Origin: Candidatus Velthaea sp.
GTDB lineage: Bacteria; Vulcanimicrobiota; Vulcanimicrobiia; Vulcanimicrobiales; Vulcanimicrobiaceae
Reading direction: 5' to 3'
Assembly: GCA_050012475.1 (NCBI GenBank)
Contig: JBEKHC010000002.1
Coordinates: 32,001-96,000 of the forward strand
Length of the DNA stretch: 64,000 nt
Shown here one piece after another: positions 30,103 to 43,087 of this stretch (within the stretch, counting starts at the first letter, position 1; each line of letters begins with the position of its first letter). Below the pieces are notes generated by a model, which saw only the letters and a program-made list of their open reading frames with translations, was not told where the DNA came from and searched no databases. The position numbers and the translations under genes were made by a program.

Positions 30103-31611
30103 CTAAAAAATCCGCTGGGGGTCGGCCGCGGCCGGCTGCGGACGCGCCGCTTCGCTGAGCGCTTCGGCGACGTCGCCGGCGATGACCCCGACCGGGCGCT
30201 GCGCGCCGGCGATGCTGCCGGCCCGCCCGTGCCAGAACGCCCCGACCCGGGCCGCATCGATCGGTGCCAGCCCTTGGGCGAGCAGCGTCGCGATGATGCC
30301 GGTCAGCACGTCGCCGGTGCCCGCCGTCGCCAAAGCGGGCGTTCCGGTGGGGTTCACGTGAACGGTAATGCGGTCGGCGACGAGGGTAGAGCGGCCTTTG
30401 AGCAGCGTCGTCACCTCGTGCTCGGCGACGAACGCGCGCAGCCGCGGCAACCGGTCGTGGGGTTCGAGCCGGCCGAGACCGGTGAGCCGGGCGAATTCGC
30501 CCGCGTGCGGCGTGATTACCACGCGCTTCCCGTGCAAGATGCTCAGGTGCTTGCCGAGGTGGAACAGGGCGCTGGCGTCGGCGACGATCGGGAGTTCGGT
30601 GCGGGCGATCACGCTGCGCACGATCGTACCGACGGTTTCGCTGAGCCCGAGGCCCGGCCCGATCGCAATCGAGCCGCAATGGTTGAGCAAGTCGCAGATC
30701 TCGCCCGCGCCGCCCAGCGCGTCCCGGTCGTTGAAGGTCACCACGACCTGCTCGATGAGGTGGCTGCGAATCGCCGCCGCGGCGCCGGACGGCGTCGCGA
30801 CCGTCACGTAGCCGGCTCCGCTGCGGGCCGCGCCCCGCGCACACAGGACCGCGGCGCCTGGAAACTGTTCCGAACCGGCCAGGATCAACGGCGCGCCGGC
30901 CCGGCGCTTGTCGGTTTCGCCTTCGCGCCTGGGCAGCAGCCGGCTGAATTCACCCTCGGTGAGCACGTGCGCCGAACCCTCGGGGGCGCCGGCGTCGTCC
31001 GCCGCCATGCCGAGATCATCGCACCAGAGCTGTCCGGTCGAGGAGCGTCCCGGTTCGAGAAAACAGCCCAGCTTCGGCGCGCCCAGAGCGATCGTCGCGA
31101 CGGCGCGTACGCACGTTTCGTCCACCGCGCCCGTCGTTGGATCGAGCCCGGTGGGAACGTCGATGGCCAGAATCGGCGCTCCGGCGCCGTTGATTGCGAC
31201 GACCAGCGCCGCGCTGGTGGGGTCGAGCGGCAGCCGCGCGTTCGCCCCCAAAATCCCATCGAGCAGCAGCCCGGCCCCGGCAAGCGTCGTCGAATCGACG
31301 ATGAGCGGCCGAAAGACGACGCCGGCGGTTCGGGCGCGGTCCCGCGCGTCGACGCGGGCAGCCGAGCCGGCGACGCTTTGATCGCAGTACACGATGCGCG
31401 AGCGCGCACCGTCGAGCGCTGCGAGCGCCGCGAAGACGTCTCCGCCGTTGTTCCCGTTGCCGGCGATGCCCACGATCGGTCCAGGCTGTGCGTAGTGCGG
31501 GATGAGCGCCGCGATGGCATCGCCGGCCCGGCGCATCAGAGTGATCTCGCCGTCGCGCGCGACCGCGGCCGCGTCGATTGCGCGCATTTCCGCGGCGGTC
31601 GGCGCGCGCAT
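30103..31611 (-). CDS. nnr: Bifunctional NAD(P)H-hydrate epimerase/dehydratase
   Basis: GNGNNGGD, AIDVPTG, GPGLG, ADASAL, TPHAGEF, LATAGTGDVLTG. Start MRAPTAAEM at 31611. Confidence 0.93.
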   Translation of the reverse strand: MRAPTAAEMRAIDAAAVARDGEITLMRRAGDAIAALIPHYAQPGPIVGIAGNGNNGGDVFAALAALDGARSRIVYCDQSVAGSAARVDARDRARTAGVVFRPLIVDSTTLAGAGLLLDGILGANARLPLDPTSAALVVAINGAGAPILAIDVPTGLDPTTGAVDETCVRAVATIALGAPKLGCFLEPGRSSTGQLWCDDLGMAADDAGAPEGSAHVLTEGEFSRLLPRREGETDKRRAGAPLILAGSEQFPGAAVLCARGAARSGAGYVTVATPSGAAAAIRSHLIEQVVVTFNDRDALGGAGEICDLLNHCGSIAIGPGLGLSETVGTIVRSVIARTELPIVADASALFHLGKHLSILHGKRVVITPHAGEFARLTGLGRLEPHDRLPRLRAFVAEHEVTTLLKGRSTLVADRITVHVNPTGTPALATAGTGDVLTGIIATLLAQGLAPIDAARVGAFWHGRAGSIAGAQRPVGVIAGDVAEALSEAARPQPAAADPQRIF

Positions 31612-31973
31612 CAGCCTTCGAGCACGACGACGGCAGCGGCCGTCGTCGCGGTGTGGGTGATGGTGAGGTGGATGGCGGTGACGCCGCGCCGCGCGCGCAA
31701 CTCGGCATATTTCCCCAGCAGCACGATGGCCGGTTTGCCGGACGCTTCGTGAGTCACACCGACGGCACGCCAAGGGATGGCGTGACCGAACGCTTTGCGC
31801 GTCGCCTCCTTGGCTGCGAAGAAGCCGGCGAGCCGCTCGGGCCAATTGCGCTTGCGCATGGCGTACGCCATTTCTTCGGCGGTGTAGACTTTGCGCGCGA
31901 ATCGCTCGCGTTGCACGGGGTCGAATGCATAGCGCTCGACCTCGGCTAGGTCGATGCCTAAACCCACGATCAT
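31611..31973 (-). CDS. acpS: Holo-[acyl-carrier-protein] synthase
   Basis: MIVGLGIDLAEVER...LAGFFAAKEATRKA...GKP...HLTITH. Confidence 0.93.
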   Translation of the reverse strand: MIVGLGIDLAEVERYAFDPVQRERFARKVYTAEEMAYAMRKRNWPERLAGFFAAKEATRKAFGHAIPWRAVGVTHEASGKPAIVLLGKYAELRARRGVTAIHLTITHTATTAAAVVVLEG

Positions 31974-32037
31974 TTCGAGCCGTTTCGCGTGTGGCGAGCC
32001 CAGGACCGCCTGTCCATTTTGAGGAAATTGTGCCACC

Positions 32038-32568
32038 GTGAGTGAGCTCAGTATCGTTCCGATCAATACGATCGACACCGGACTTCTCACCCGTCTGGCG
32101 CTGTGTCTTGAAGAGCGCTTTTTATATCGGTGTGTGGTGCGCACGCCGCTGACGGTGCCGAAGACCGTGCTCAACAACGTGCGCAAGCAGTTGTTTTTCG
32201 GGTCGATTGCAGCCAAGCTGTGCGCCGCGTACGAGCCGCACGACGAGTTGCTGCTGGGCGTCACCGACTTCGATCTTTACAAGACGTCGCATCAATTCAT
32301 TTTTGGGAGTTCCAGCCCCGCGCAGCGCTGCGCCGTCGTGTCGATCCATCGTCTGCGGGCGGAATTTTACGGCCAGAAATCCGATGAAAACGCGCTCTTT
32401 CAGCGGCTGCTCAAAGAAAGCGTGCACGAAATCGGCCATGCGCTCGGGCTCAAGCACTGCTATAACGCGCGGTGTGCGATGTACTACTCGAATTCGATCT
32501 TCGACACCGATAACAAATATTCGCAATTTTGCGAGGTTTGCGACAAGCGTAGCCGCGCCAGCCGCTGA
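32038..32568 (+). CDS. Archaemetzincin-family Zn metalloprotease (peptidase M54)
   Basis: KESVHEIGHALGLKHCYNARCAMYYS...FCEVC. Confidence 0.9.
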   Translation: MSELSIVPINTIDTGLLTRLALCLEERFLYRCVVRTPLTVPKTVLNNVRKQLFFGSIAAKLCAAYEPHDELLLGVTDFDLYKTSHQFIFGSSSPAQRCAVVSIHRLRAEFYGQKSDENALFQRLLKESVHEIGHALGLKHCYNARCAMYYSNSIFDTDNKYSQFCEVCDKRSRASR

Positions 32569-32714
32569 GGCGAAGTGTTTGTCCTGCGTTAATCCGTAGC
32601 GCCGCGGCCCGGTCGACACCGTTTCAGCCGCAATCAGCAGCCGATAATTCCGCGTAGGACGGTTACGCGTTGACGGTCGGTGCAGCGCTGGGGGCCGTCC
32701 CGGTGAAGGGTCGC

Positions 32715-35330
32715 ATGTTAAAATATTGGCGTGACAGCAAGCTCGGCGTAAAACTGTCGGCTGGGTTCGCCCTCGTTATGTCCGTGTTCGTCATCGCGAT
32801 GGGCGGTATGGCGTACCTCAACGCCAGAGTCGAAGGCGCGCAAAATCTTCAAGACGCGGTTCTCATTCCCGCGCGGGCGAACATCAAAGACGCCGCCCTG
32901 GCCCTGTATACCGCGCGCGCCGACGGCTGGTTTTTTGTCGCGGACGGCAACCAAACCGAACGTGCCGCTCACCTGATCAAATATCGGGCCGACCTCAAAG
33001 ATCTCACGGCGAAGCTGGACAACGCCACGCGCTACGAAAATAACGCGGCGCAAGTAGCTGCACTTGCCGACTTTCATACGCTGCTGGAAGGCTCCGATGA
33101 TTCGCGCGGCTTTCTCGAACAGAACGAGTCGGCGTTTGCGCTCAAGGCCGCTGGCAAAGATAGTGCCGCGATCGCCGCCTACGGAAACGTCCACGTCGCG
33201 CCCCTCATCAAGGTGGAAGAACGCTATCGCGATGCGACGCTCGGGCGGATCAGCGAGAACGCAAAGCAGATCCAACGGCTCAGATCGCTCGCTGTGACGC
33301 TTGGATGTTCGCTCGCGGGCCTGGCGCTGCTGCTCGGGTTCGCGATTTCGGCGCTGATGTCGCGCAGCATCGCACGCACCATCGGAGCCATAACCGCCGC
33401 CGTCAAAACGATTGTTAACGAAGATATCGGCGCACTGACGCTGATCCTGGGCCGGCTCCGGGCCGGCGATCTCGATGCGCGGTTTGCCTCCAACCGCGTT
33501 GCGCTGCACGTTTCCGGCAACGACGAGATCGGAACGTTGGTCAAGGCGTACAACTCACTCGCTGAGGCCTTGCACGAGATGGCCGGCGAATACGAGGCTG
33601 CGACCAACGTCTTGTCCGGGCTTTTGCAAGCGCAAGCGGAGATGAAACGCGAGCACGACGCCGGCGCCATCGACGCGCACCTTCCGGCCGAGCGGTTCGA
33701 AGGCGCCTATCGCGCGATGGCGCAGGAAATGAACGACCTCGTCGCCAGTCACATCACGGTCAAGATGCACGTCGTCGACGCCGTCACCCGCTACGCCAAC
33801 GGCGATTTTTCGGTCGACATCGAACGGCTGCCGGGTAAGAAGGCAGCGATCACCGCAGCGGTCGACCGGGTCAAGGCGGAACTGCTCCAAGCGCGCGAGT
33901 CGGCCGTCGCGAATGCCCGCATCAAGGCCGCGCTCGATCATGTTTCGACCAATGCGATGATCGCCGATCACACCGATACGATCATCTATCTCAACCGCGC
34001 CGCCGGGCAGCTGATGCAGACCGCCGAGCAGCGGATCCGGCAAGATTTGCCGGACATGCGCGCCGACGCACTTCTCGGCAGCAAGATCGATCAGTTTCAC
34101 CGGTCGCCCGCGCGCCAGCACGACATGCTCGCGAATCTTCAGGGCACGCATTACGTCGAAATCATGCTGGGCGGCATGACGTTCGGTCTGACGGCGAATC
34201 CGGTGCTCGCCGCGGACGGTTCCCGCTTGGGAACCGTGCTCGAATGGCGAGATCGCACCGCTGAAGTTGCTGTCGAGCGCGATACCAACGCCATCGTCGA
34301 GGCCGCCATCGCCGGTGACTTCAGCAAACGGCTGGCCCTCGACGGTCGCGAAGGTTTCTTCCGCATCCTCGCCGAGCGCATCAACGCGTTGATGGAAACC
34401 TCCGACGTCGGCCTGGGCGAAGTCGTGCGTGTCTTGAGCGCACTGGCCGAGAACGATCTCAGCGAGTCGATTCACGGCGATTACCAGGGGACGTTCGGAC
34501 GGCTCAAAGACGACTCCAACCGCACCGTCGAAAGTCTGACCGCGACGATCTCGCAGATCACCCAAGCCGTCGACGCCGTGTCGACTGCCGCGCGCGAAAT
34601 CGCCGTCGGCAACAGCGACCTCTCCCAGCGCACCGAAGAGCAAGCCTCGAGTTTGGAAGAGACCGCTTCGAGCATGGAAGAACTCACCTCGACGGTCAAG
34701 CAGAACGCCGACAACGCCAAGCAAGCCAATCAATTGGCTATCGGCGCCAGCGCCATCGCCGTCAAGGGCGGCGAAGTCGTCGGGCAGGTCGTCAACACGA
34801 TGGCGTCGATCAGCGCCTCGTCCAAGAAGATCGAAGACATCATCAGCGTCATCGACGGGATCGCGTTCCAAACCAACATCCTCGCGCTCAACGCCGCGGT
34901 CGAAGCTGCGCGCGCGGGCGAACAGGGCCGCGGCTTCGCGGTCGTGGCGGGCGAGGTCCGCAGTTTGGCGCAACGCTCCGCGGGCGCGGCCAAAGAGATC
35001 AAGGCGCTCATCGTCGATTCGGTCGAACGGGCCAACGCGGGCAGCGCACTGGCCGACCATGCCGGCAAGACCATGGATGAAATCGTCGCCGCGGTCAAAC
35101 GCGTCACCGACATCATGGCCGAGATTTCGGCGGCTTCGCTCGAACAAGGTGCGGGGATCGGCCAAGTCAATACCGCGATCGCGCAGATGGACCAAGTCAC
35201 CCAACAGAACGCCGCGCTCGTCGAGGAAGTCGCCGCGGCGGCCGGTTCGCTGCAAGATCTCGCGCAGTCGCTGGTCGAGGCGGTGAGCGTGTTCAAGCTC
35301 GCCGAGCGCGCGCCGGCAGCGGCGGGCTAA
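32715..35330 (+). CDS. Methyl-accepting chemotaxis protein with periplasmic sensor, poly-HAMP and PAS domains
   Basis: Two TM helices flank an ~175-aa periplasmic domain; HAMPs; PAS ([22 protein letters not shown]); signalling tip [34 protein letters not shown]. Confidence 0.93.
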   Translation: MLKYWRDSKLGVKLSAGFALVMSVFVIAMGGMAYLNARVEGAQNLQDAVLIPARANIKDAALALYTARADGWFFVADGNQTERAAHLIKYRADLKDLTAKLDNATRYENNAAQVAALADFHTLLEGSDDSRGFLEQNESAFALKAAGKDSAAIAAYGNVHVAPLIKVEERYRDATLGRISENAKQIQRLRSLAVTLGCSLAGLALLLGFAISALMSRSIARTIGAITAAVKTIVNEDIGALTLILGRLRAGDLDARFASNRVALHVSGNDEIGTLVKAYNSLAEALHEMAGEYEAATNVLSGLLQAQAEMKREHDAGAIDAHLPAERFEGAYRAMAQEMNDLVASHITVKMHVVDAVTRYANGDFSVDIERLPGKKAAITAAVDRVKAELLQARESAVANARIKAALDHVSTNAMIADHTDTIIYLNRAAGQLMQTAEQRIRQDLPDMRADALLGSKIDQFHRSPARQHDMLANLQGTHYVEIMLGGMTFGLTANPVLAADGSRLGTVLEWRDRTAEVAVERDTNAIVEAAIAGDFSKRLALDGREGFFRILAERINALMETSDVGLGEVVRVLSALAENDLSESIHGDYQGTFGRLKDDSNRTVESLTATISQITQAVDAVSTAAREIAVGNSDLSQRTEEQASSLEETASSMEELTSTVKQNADNAKQANQLAIGASAIAVKGGEVVGQVVNTMASISASSKKIEDIISVIDGIAFQTNILALNAAVEAARAGEQGRGFAVVAGEVRSLAQRSAGAAKEIKALIVDSVERANAGSALADHAGKTMDEIVAAVKRVTDIMAEISAASLEQGAGIGQVNTAIAQMDQVTQQNAALVEEVAAAAGSLQDLAQSLVEAVSVFKLAERAPAAAG

Positions 35331-35404
35331 CTGGTGAATCGCTGCCCGAAACGCGCGCGGGCGGCGAAGGCCGGATCGATCGGGAGGCCCAATGCTCGCT
35401 GTCT

Positions 35405-37501
35405 ATGCGCGGGGCCAACCCGGTCCGAGTCGGGATCGATGTCGGGGGAACGTTTACCGATCTGGTCGCAACGAAGCCCGACGGCACGCTGCTCCGGCTG
35501 AAGATCGCAAGCACGCCGCGTGCTCCCGAACGCGGCGCTCTGGCGGCGCTCGACGAATTGTTCGCCGCCGGCGAGGTTGCCGTCGCCGACGTTGCGCTCG
35601 TTGCGCATGCGAGTACGATCGCGACGAACGCCTTGCTCGGGCAACTCGCGCTCGAGCTTCCGCGCGTGGCGTTCATCACGACCGAAGGTTTTCGCGACGT
35701 CCTCGAGATCGGCCGCCAAAACCGCAGCGCGCTCTACGATTTGATGGTGCGGCGCGCGCCGCCGCTGGCGCGGCGCGACGACCGGCTTACCGTGCGCGAA
35801 CGGCGCGAGTTCGACGGCAGCGTGTCGCTGGCACTCGATGCCGACAGCGTCGAACGCGCGATCGACGCGATCGAAGCGCGCGGGATAACGACGGTCGCCG
35901 TCGGACTGCTGCATTCGTACGTCGACGATGCGCATGAAGCCGCGATCGCCGAGCGGCTTGCTGCGCGGTTGCCGGACGTCATGGTGACGCGCTCGGCAGC
36001 GCTGGTGCGGGAGTTTCGCGAATACGAACGCTTTTCGACGGCGGTCGTCAACGCCGCGTTGCAGCCGGTGGTTGGCGCGTACCTCGATCGGCTCGAACGC
36101 GGTGTTCGCGCGCGCGGCGCCGGCGCACGGGTGTTCGTCATGCAGTCCGACGGCGGGATGGCGTCGGTCGCCGTGGCGGCGCGGCGGCCGGCAAGCCTGA
36201 TCGAAAGCGGTCCCGCCGGCGGCGTCATCGCCGCCGCGCACCTCGGCCGCGCGCTGGGCATCGAACGGATTCTGTCGTTCGACATGGGCGGGACGACGGC
36301 GAAAGCCGGCACGATCGTGGGCGGCGTCCCGGAGATCGCTCACGAATTCGAGGCCGCGGGGGTGTCGCACAGCGGGCGCGCGCAGAAAGGCAGCGGCTAC
36401 CCCGTGCGCTTTCCGTTCGTCGACCTGGCCGAGGTCAGCGCGGGCGGCGGAACGATCGCCTGGCTCGATGCCGCCGGCGTGCTGCGCACCGGACCGCTCT
36501 CGGCCGGAGCCGATCCCGGCCCGGCCTGCTATGGCAAAGGCACACAGCCGACCGTTACCGATGCGAACGTTCTTTTGGGACGGCTCGATGCCCACGCGCT
36601 GCTGGGCGGCACGTTCCCGATCGATGCTCGCTGCGCGCAACGGGCCGTCGGCAGCGTCGCCGCGGTGACTGGCGGCGACGTGATGCAAACCGCGGCCGGC
36701 ATCGTCACGCTCATCGACGCCGAGATGGCCAAGGTGCTGCGCATCGTCTCGGTCGAGCGCGGCTACGATCCGCGCGACTTCACGCTGCTCGCGTTCGGCG
36801 GCGGCGGCCCGCTGCACGCCTGCGCGGTCGCGCGTGAGATCGGCGTGCGCACGATCGTCGTCCCGCCGCTGCCCGGCGTGTTCTCCGCGTACGGTTTGCT
36901 GACGGCCGACGTGCGGGCTGCGTTCAGCCGTTCCGTTGTCATCGACGCGAACGACGCTGCGTGGCCGGTCGTCGAACGGATTCTTGGCGAGCTGCAGGTC
37001 GCGGGCGATGCGCTGCTTGCCGAGCAGAACGTCGAACCATCGATGCGCGTCTTCACGCGCGAACTCGATCTGCGCTACGCCGGGCAATCGTTCGAGCTGA
37101 CGGTGCCCGCTACGGACAACGGTGACGCTGCGGTCGCGGGCTTCCATCGCAGCCACGAGCGGCGCTACGGCTTCGCCGCGCCCGACGATCCGGTCGAGAT
37201 CGTCACAGCGCGCATCATCGCCGCCGGCGCGACCCCCCAACCGGGCGTCGCGCCGCGGCCGGTCACGCATTCGCAAGCGGAACGCGCGAACGCATCCGAG
37301 CCGCGCGACCGGCGTGAGGTGTGGGATGGCCGCCATTTCGTTGTTACCCCGGTGTATGTGCGCGACTCGCTGAGGCCGGGGAACGTCTTCGCGGGACCCG
37401 CGGTCGTCGAACAGTACGATGCGACGACGTACGTCGGGCCGGAGTGGGATGCGCGGGTCGATGCGGGCGACAATCTCGTCTTGACGGAGCGTCCGGCGTG
37501 A
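35405..37501 (+). CDS. Hydantoinase A / 5-oxoprolinase subunit
   Basis: GIDVGGTFTD, SGPAGG, DMGGTT, SAGADPGPACYG, FGGGGPLHA. Confidence 0.92.
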   Translation: MRGANPVRVGIDVGGTFTDLVATKPDGTLLRLKIASTPRAPERGALAALDELFAAGEVAVADVALVAHASTIATNALLGQLALELPRVAFITTEGFRDVLEIGRQNRSALYDLMVRRAPPLARRDDRLTVRERREFDGSVSLALDADSVERAIDAIEARGITTVAVGLLHSYVDDAHEAAIAERLAARLPDVMVTRSAALVREFREYERFSTAVVNAALQPVVGAYLDRLERGVRARGAGARVFVMQSDGGMASVAVAARRPASLIESGPAGGVIAAAHLGRALGIERILSFDMGGTTAKAGTIVGGVPEIAHEFEAAGVSHSGRAQKGSGYPVRFPFVDLAEVSAGGGTIAWLDAAGVLRTGPLSAGADPGPACYGKGTQPTVTDANVLLGRLDAHALLGGTFPIDARCAQRAVGSVAAVTGGDVMQTAAGIVTLIDAEMAKVLRIVSVERGYDPRDFTLLAFGGGGPLHACAVAREIGVRTIVVPPLPGVFSAYGLLTADVRAAFSRSVVIDANDAAWPVVERILGELQVAGDALLAEQNVEPSMRVFTRELDLRYAGQSFELTVPATDNGDAAVAGFHRSHERRYGFAAPDDPVEIVTARIIAAGATPQPGVAPRPVTHSQAERANASEPRDRREVWDGRHFVVTPVYVRDSLRPGNVFAGPAVVEQYDATTYVGPEWDARVDAGDNLVLTERPA

Positions 37502-39105
37502 CCGCGCCGCGCACCGGCGAACTCGATGCGATAACCGCGGCGATCATCGGTTCGGCGCTCACGTATGCGAGCGAAGAGATGGGCTTGGCGATCCGCAACG
37601 CGGCCTATTCGCCCAACATCAAGGAGCGCCTCGACCACTCGTGCGCGCTGTTCGACGCGCACGCGAACTTGATCGCGCAGGCCGAGCACATCCCGGTTCA
37701 TCTGGGTTCGTTGCCCTGGGGTTTGCGCCGCACTCTGGAGTGGCTCGTCGCGCGCGGCGTTGCTTTGGAACCCGGCGAGCAGTGGGTCGTCAACGATCCG
37801 TATCTTGCCGGGACGCATCTCAACGACGTCACGCTGATTCGGCCGATTTTCGCTGGCGGCGTGCTCGTCGCATACGCAGCGAACAAAGCGCATCATGCGG
37901 ACGTCGGCGGGTCCGTACCCGGTTCGATGCCGCCCGATGCGCGCGATTTGTTTGCGGAAGGCTTCATTGCGCCGCCGATTCGGCTGGTGCGCGCCGACCG
38001 CATCGAAGCAAGCACCGTGGCGCTGTTCGAGGCGAATTCCCGCACGCCCGCGGCCCGCGCGGGCGACCTGCGCGCGCAGATCGCGGGCAACGTGATCGGT
38101 GAGCGCCGCGTGCTCGAACTCATCGAACGCTACGGCGCGGACGTGTTTGCGGCGGCAGCGGCGCAAGCACTGCGGACCAGCGAAACGCGGATGCGCGCCG
38201 CGCTGCGCGCGTTGCCCGACGGCGAGGCGGCGGTCTGCGATTTTCTCGAAGACGCCGATGGCGAACCGGCGATCCGCCTGCAGCTGCGGCTGCGCAAGCA
38301 GGGTGACCGCGTGCGGCTCGACTACGCTGGCACGGCGGCGCAGCGTGACATGCCGCTCAACGCAGTGTACGGCGTGACGCTGTCGGGCGTGTACTACGTG
38401 TTGCGCGCGCTGACCGACCCCACGATTCCGATGAACGAAGGCATCTTCGCCCCGATCGAAGTCGAGGTGCCGGAAGGCACGCTGCTCAATCCGCGGCGGC
38501 CCGCGCCGGTGTCCGGCGGCAATGTCGAAACGTCGATGCGCAACGCCGACTTGGTGTTGTCGGCCTTTGCGCAGATCGCACCCGGGCGCGTGCCCGCCCA
38601 GAGCGGCGGATCGATGAACAACGTGATGATCGGCGGCGTCGATGCCGACGGCCGCGCCTGGTCGTTCTATGAAACGATCGGCTGCGGTATGGGCGCGCGG
38701 CCGGCCGCCGACGGCATCGACGGCATCCACGCGCACATGACCAACACGCTCAACACCCCGATCGAAGCGATCGAGCGTGAATTCCCGCTGCGGGTCGTGC
38801 GCTATGAATTCGCGTCCGGAACGGGCGGAGCCGGACGCTTTCGCGGTGGGTGCGGATTGATTCGCGATCTGCAATTGACGCGCGGCACGGCGACGGTATC
38901 GTTGCTCGCCGAACGCCATCGGCTGGCGCCCAAAGGCGAAGCAGGCGGCGAGGACGGCCGCACCGGTTCGCATCGTTTGCACACCGCAGGCGGCGCGAAG
39001 GAGTTGCCGGCGAAGACGACGCTGCGGATCCAGCCCGGAGACGTCATCGAAGTGCAAACCGCCGGCGGCGGCGGATACGGGGCACCGAGCGGGCGAGGGG
39101 TTTAA
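37498..39105 (+). CDS. Hydantoinase B / 5-oxoprolinase subunit
   Basis: AYSPNIKERLDHSCA, HIPVHLGS, NDPYLAGTHLND, HMTNTLNTPIE; GTGA overlap with subunit A. Confidence 0.92.
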   Translation: MTAPRTGELDAITAAIIGSALTYASEEMGLAIRNAAYSPNIKERLDHSCALFDAHANLIAQAEHIPVHLGSLPWGLRRTLEWLVARGVALEPGEQWVVNDPYLAGTHLNDVTLIRPIFAGGVLVAYAANKAHHADVGGSVPGSMPPDARDLFAEGFIAPPIRLVRADRIEASTVALFEANSRTPAARAGDLRAQIAGNVIGERRVLELIERYGADVFAAAAAQALRTSETRMRAALRALPDGEAAVCDFLEDADGEPAIRLQLRLRKQGDRVRLDYAGTAAQRDMPLNAVYGVTLSGVYYVLRALTDPTIPMNEGIFAPIEVEVPEGTLLNPRRPAPVSGGNVETSMRNADLVLSAFAQIAPGRVPAQSGGSMNNVMIGGVDADGRAWSFYETIGCGMGARPAADGIDGIHAHMTNTLNTPIEAIEREFPLRVVRYEFASGTGGAGRFRGGCGLIRDLQLTRGTATVSLLAERHRLAPKGEAGGEDGRTGSHRLHTAGGAKELPAKTTLRIQPGDVIEVQTAGGGGYGAPSGRGV

Positions 39106-39203
39106 ACGACCGGCGGCTAGGCCGTTTGGCGCACGCACGGAAGCGCTGCAACCACAGAAAGCGCTTAGGGGCCCGTGCCGTTTGGTGCGCGAAGGGCAGG
39201 CAG

Positions 39204-40214
39204 ATGGAGCTTACGGCTGTCGCACCCCGTCGGACGCCGCTGCTGCGCACGACATTGCGTATTGCGGGACTCGGAACGTACGTTCCCGAGCATCGGATCA
39301 CGAACGAAGAGCTTTCCGTGATGGTCGATACCGATGACGAATGGATTCGCCGCCGGACCGGCATCCGCGAACGGCGCAAAGCGCGTGCCGACGAATTCAC
39401 CAGCGATATGTGCTTGAGCGCCGTCGGCGCGCTCGTTGCCGGGGGCGCGAGCTTAGCCGCCGTCGATTACATCATCGCAGCAACGATCACGCCGGATTAT
39501 CAATTTCCCAGCGTGTCCGCGATCGTGCAGCACCGCCTGGGATTGCGCAATACCGGTGCGATCGATATCTCGGCGGCGTGCGCCGGGTTTGTGTACGCGC
39601 TGGACCTTGCCGACGCGCTCATCTCGACCGGTCGGGCGCGCAACGTGCTCGTCGTTGCCGGCGAGACGCTCACGAAAATTACCGACTACCGCGACCGGTC
39701 GATGTGCATTCTGTTCGGCGATGGCGCCGGTGCGGCGCTCGTGACGCCCGACGACGGCAACGGCAGCGCGATTCTCGCGCGGCGGGTCAATAGCGACGGT
39801 GCCGCCGGAAAGCACTTATTCATGACCGCGCTCAAGAAAGAGATCGCCGGCATCGTCGAGCCCGAGCACCTCATGCGCCAGAATGGTCGGGCCGTCTACG
39901 AGTGGGTCGTCACCAACGTCACCGCGGGGATCAATGAACTGCTGGCGGCCGCGCAACTGGCGCCGGACGAAATCGATTGGTTCATTCCGCACAGCGCGAA
40001 CATGCGGATGATCGAGGCGGTTCGCGAACGCTGCGGCATTCCGGTGGAGCGCACGCTCACGAGCATGCAGTGGTTCGGCAACACGTCGACGGCATCGATC
40101 CCCTTGGCGCTCGCACCGGCTGTCGCCGACGGACGGATCAAGCGCGGCGATCGCGTCTTGCTCTACGGTTTCGGCGGCGGGCTGGTCGAAGCGGGACTAT
40201 TGCTGCGCTGGTAG
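39204..40214 (+). CDS. fabH: 3-oxoacyl-ACP synthase III
   Basis: WIRRRTGIRERR, AACAGF (catalytic Cys), LFGDGAGA, PHSAN, GNTSTAS. Confidence 0.93.
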   Translation: MELTAVAPRRTPLLRTTLRIAGLGTYVPEHRITNEELSVMVDTDDEWIRRRTGIRERRKARADEFTSDMCLSAVGALVAGGASLAAVDYIIAATITPDYQFPSVSAIVQHRLGLRNTGAIDISAACAGFVYALDLADALISTGRARNVLVVAGETLTKITDYRDRSMCILFGDGAGAALVTPDDGNGSAILARRVNSDGAAGKHLFMTALKKEIAGIVEPEHLMRQNGRAVYEWVVTNVTAGINELLAAAQLAPDEIDWFIPHSANMRMIEAVRERCGIPVERTLTSMQWFGNTSTASIPLALAPAVADGRIKRGDRVLLYGFGGGLVEAGLLLRW

Positions 40215-41030
40215 CGTGCGCGCGGGATCGCGCGCGCGGCCGGTGACGCGCACGTCGGCCATGTCGATCGCATGCTCACCGTCCGCGTCGCGAACGATGA
40301 GCGCGCCATACGGGCCGATGCGCTGGGCGACCCCTTCGCGCTCGATACCGTCGGCGTCGTTGCGATAGCGGTAGATGGTTCCTGGCAATTGGGCGCGGCG
40401 CTCCCAACGCGCGGCGACCGCGGCGGGATCGCGCAAGGCGTCGAACGAGCGATCGAACTCGCGCAGGATCGTGGCGAGCAGCGCTTCGCGCTGCGGCGGG
40501 GGGGTCAGTTCGCCGAGGAAGATCGGCGGCGGTTCGACCGCGGCCAAGTCGGGATCGTGGGGCGGGCGCGTAACGTTGAGGCCGGCACCGCAGCCGACCC
40601 AGGCGTCGTTCCCGGCGATGCGTGCCACCGAGAGGATGCCGCCGATTTTTTGTCCGCGCACGTGCAGGTCGTTCGGCCAGACGAGTTCGAGGGCCAGGCC
40701 GCAGCACTGCTCGACTCCGTCGGCGATGCCCAGCGCGATCCAAAACGGCACCGCCCAGAGCGCGGACGCATCGATCGGCTCGGGCAAAATCGCGGTGAAG
40801 AGCAGCGCCGAGCCGGACGGTGCGATCCAGCGCCGGCCCTTGCGTCCGACGCCGGCAGTCTGATGGTCGGTGACGATCGTGGTTCCCAGGGCACTCGCTA
40901 TGCCGAGCAGCGCATGCGCGTCGGCGTTCGTGCTGCCGGTTTGAGCCGCGTAGCGAACGTCGGCAAAGCGCGTGTGCGCCAGCAGCGCGCGGACGTGCGC
41001 CGTGTCGAAAGGTGCGCTCTGATTCGGCAC
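40197..41030 (-). CDS. birA: Biotin--[acetyl-CoA-carboxylase] ligase (no N-terminal HTH)
   Basis: TGSTN, QTAGVGRKGRRW, WPND, KIGGIL, GLNV. Confidence 0.9.
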   Translation of the reverse strand: MPNQSAPFDTAHVRALLAHTRFADVRYAAQTGSTNADAHALLGIASALGTTIVTDHQTAGVGRKGRRWIAPSGSALLFTAILPEPIDASALWAVPFWIALGIADGVEQCCGLALELVWPNDLHVRGQKIGGILSVARIAGNDAWVGCGAGLNVTRPPHDPDLAAVEPPPIFLGELTPPPQREALLATILREFDRSFDALRDPAAVAARWERRAQLPGTIYRYRNDADGIEREGVAQRIGPYGALIVRDADGEHAIDMADVRVTGRARDPARTLPAQQ

Positions 41031-41046
41031 GTATCACCTCCCCGCT

Positions 41047-42922
<1,876 letters not shown>

Positions 42923-42926
<4 letters not shown>

Positions 42927-43075
42927 GATCTCGCGGAGCGTGCCGGAAAAGTTCCGGCGCGCTCCGGCGAGCGGCTTGGCCGGTGTGCCGCACCTCCGGT
43001 CGAGCGACTCGAATCGCCTGTTCGAACAGACCGGTAGCGCTTGACCAACGAGGTTCAGCGTTGCGCGAGTTCCTT
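42923..43075 (-). ncRNA. Candidate structured RNA, 6S-like
   Basis: On the minus strand CGCTGAACCTCG pairs with CGAGATCAGCG, with inner stem CCGGTC/GACCGG, a GGCAC-containing bubble and a side hairpin. Strand and identity are uncertain. Confidence 0.3.
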
Positions 43076-43087
43076 TTGCTACGTGTG

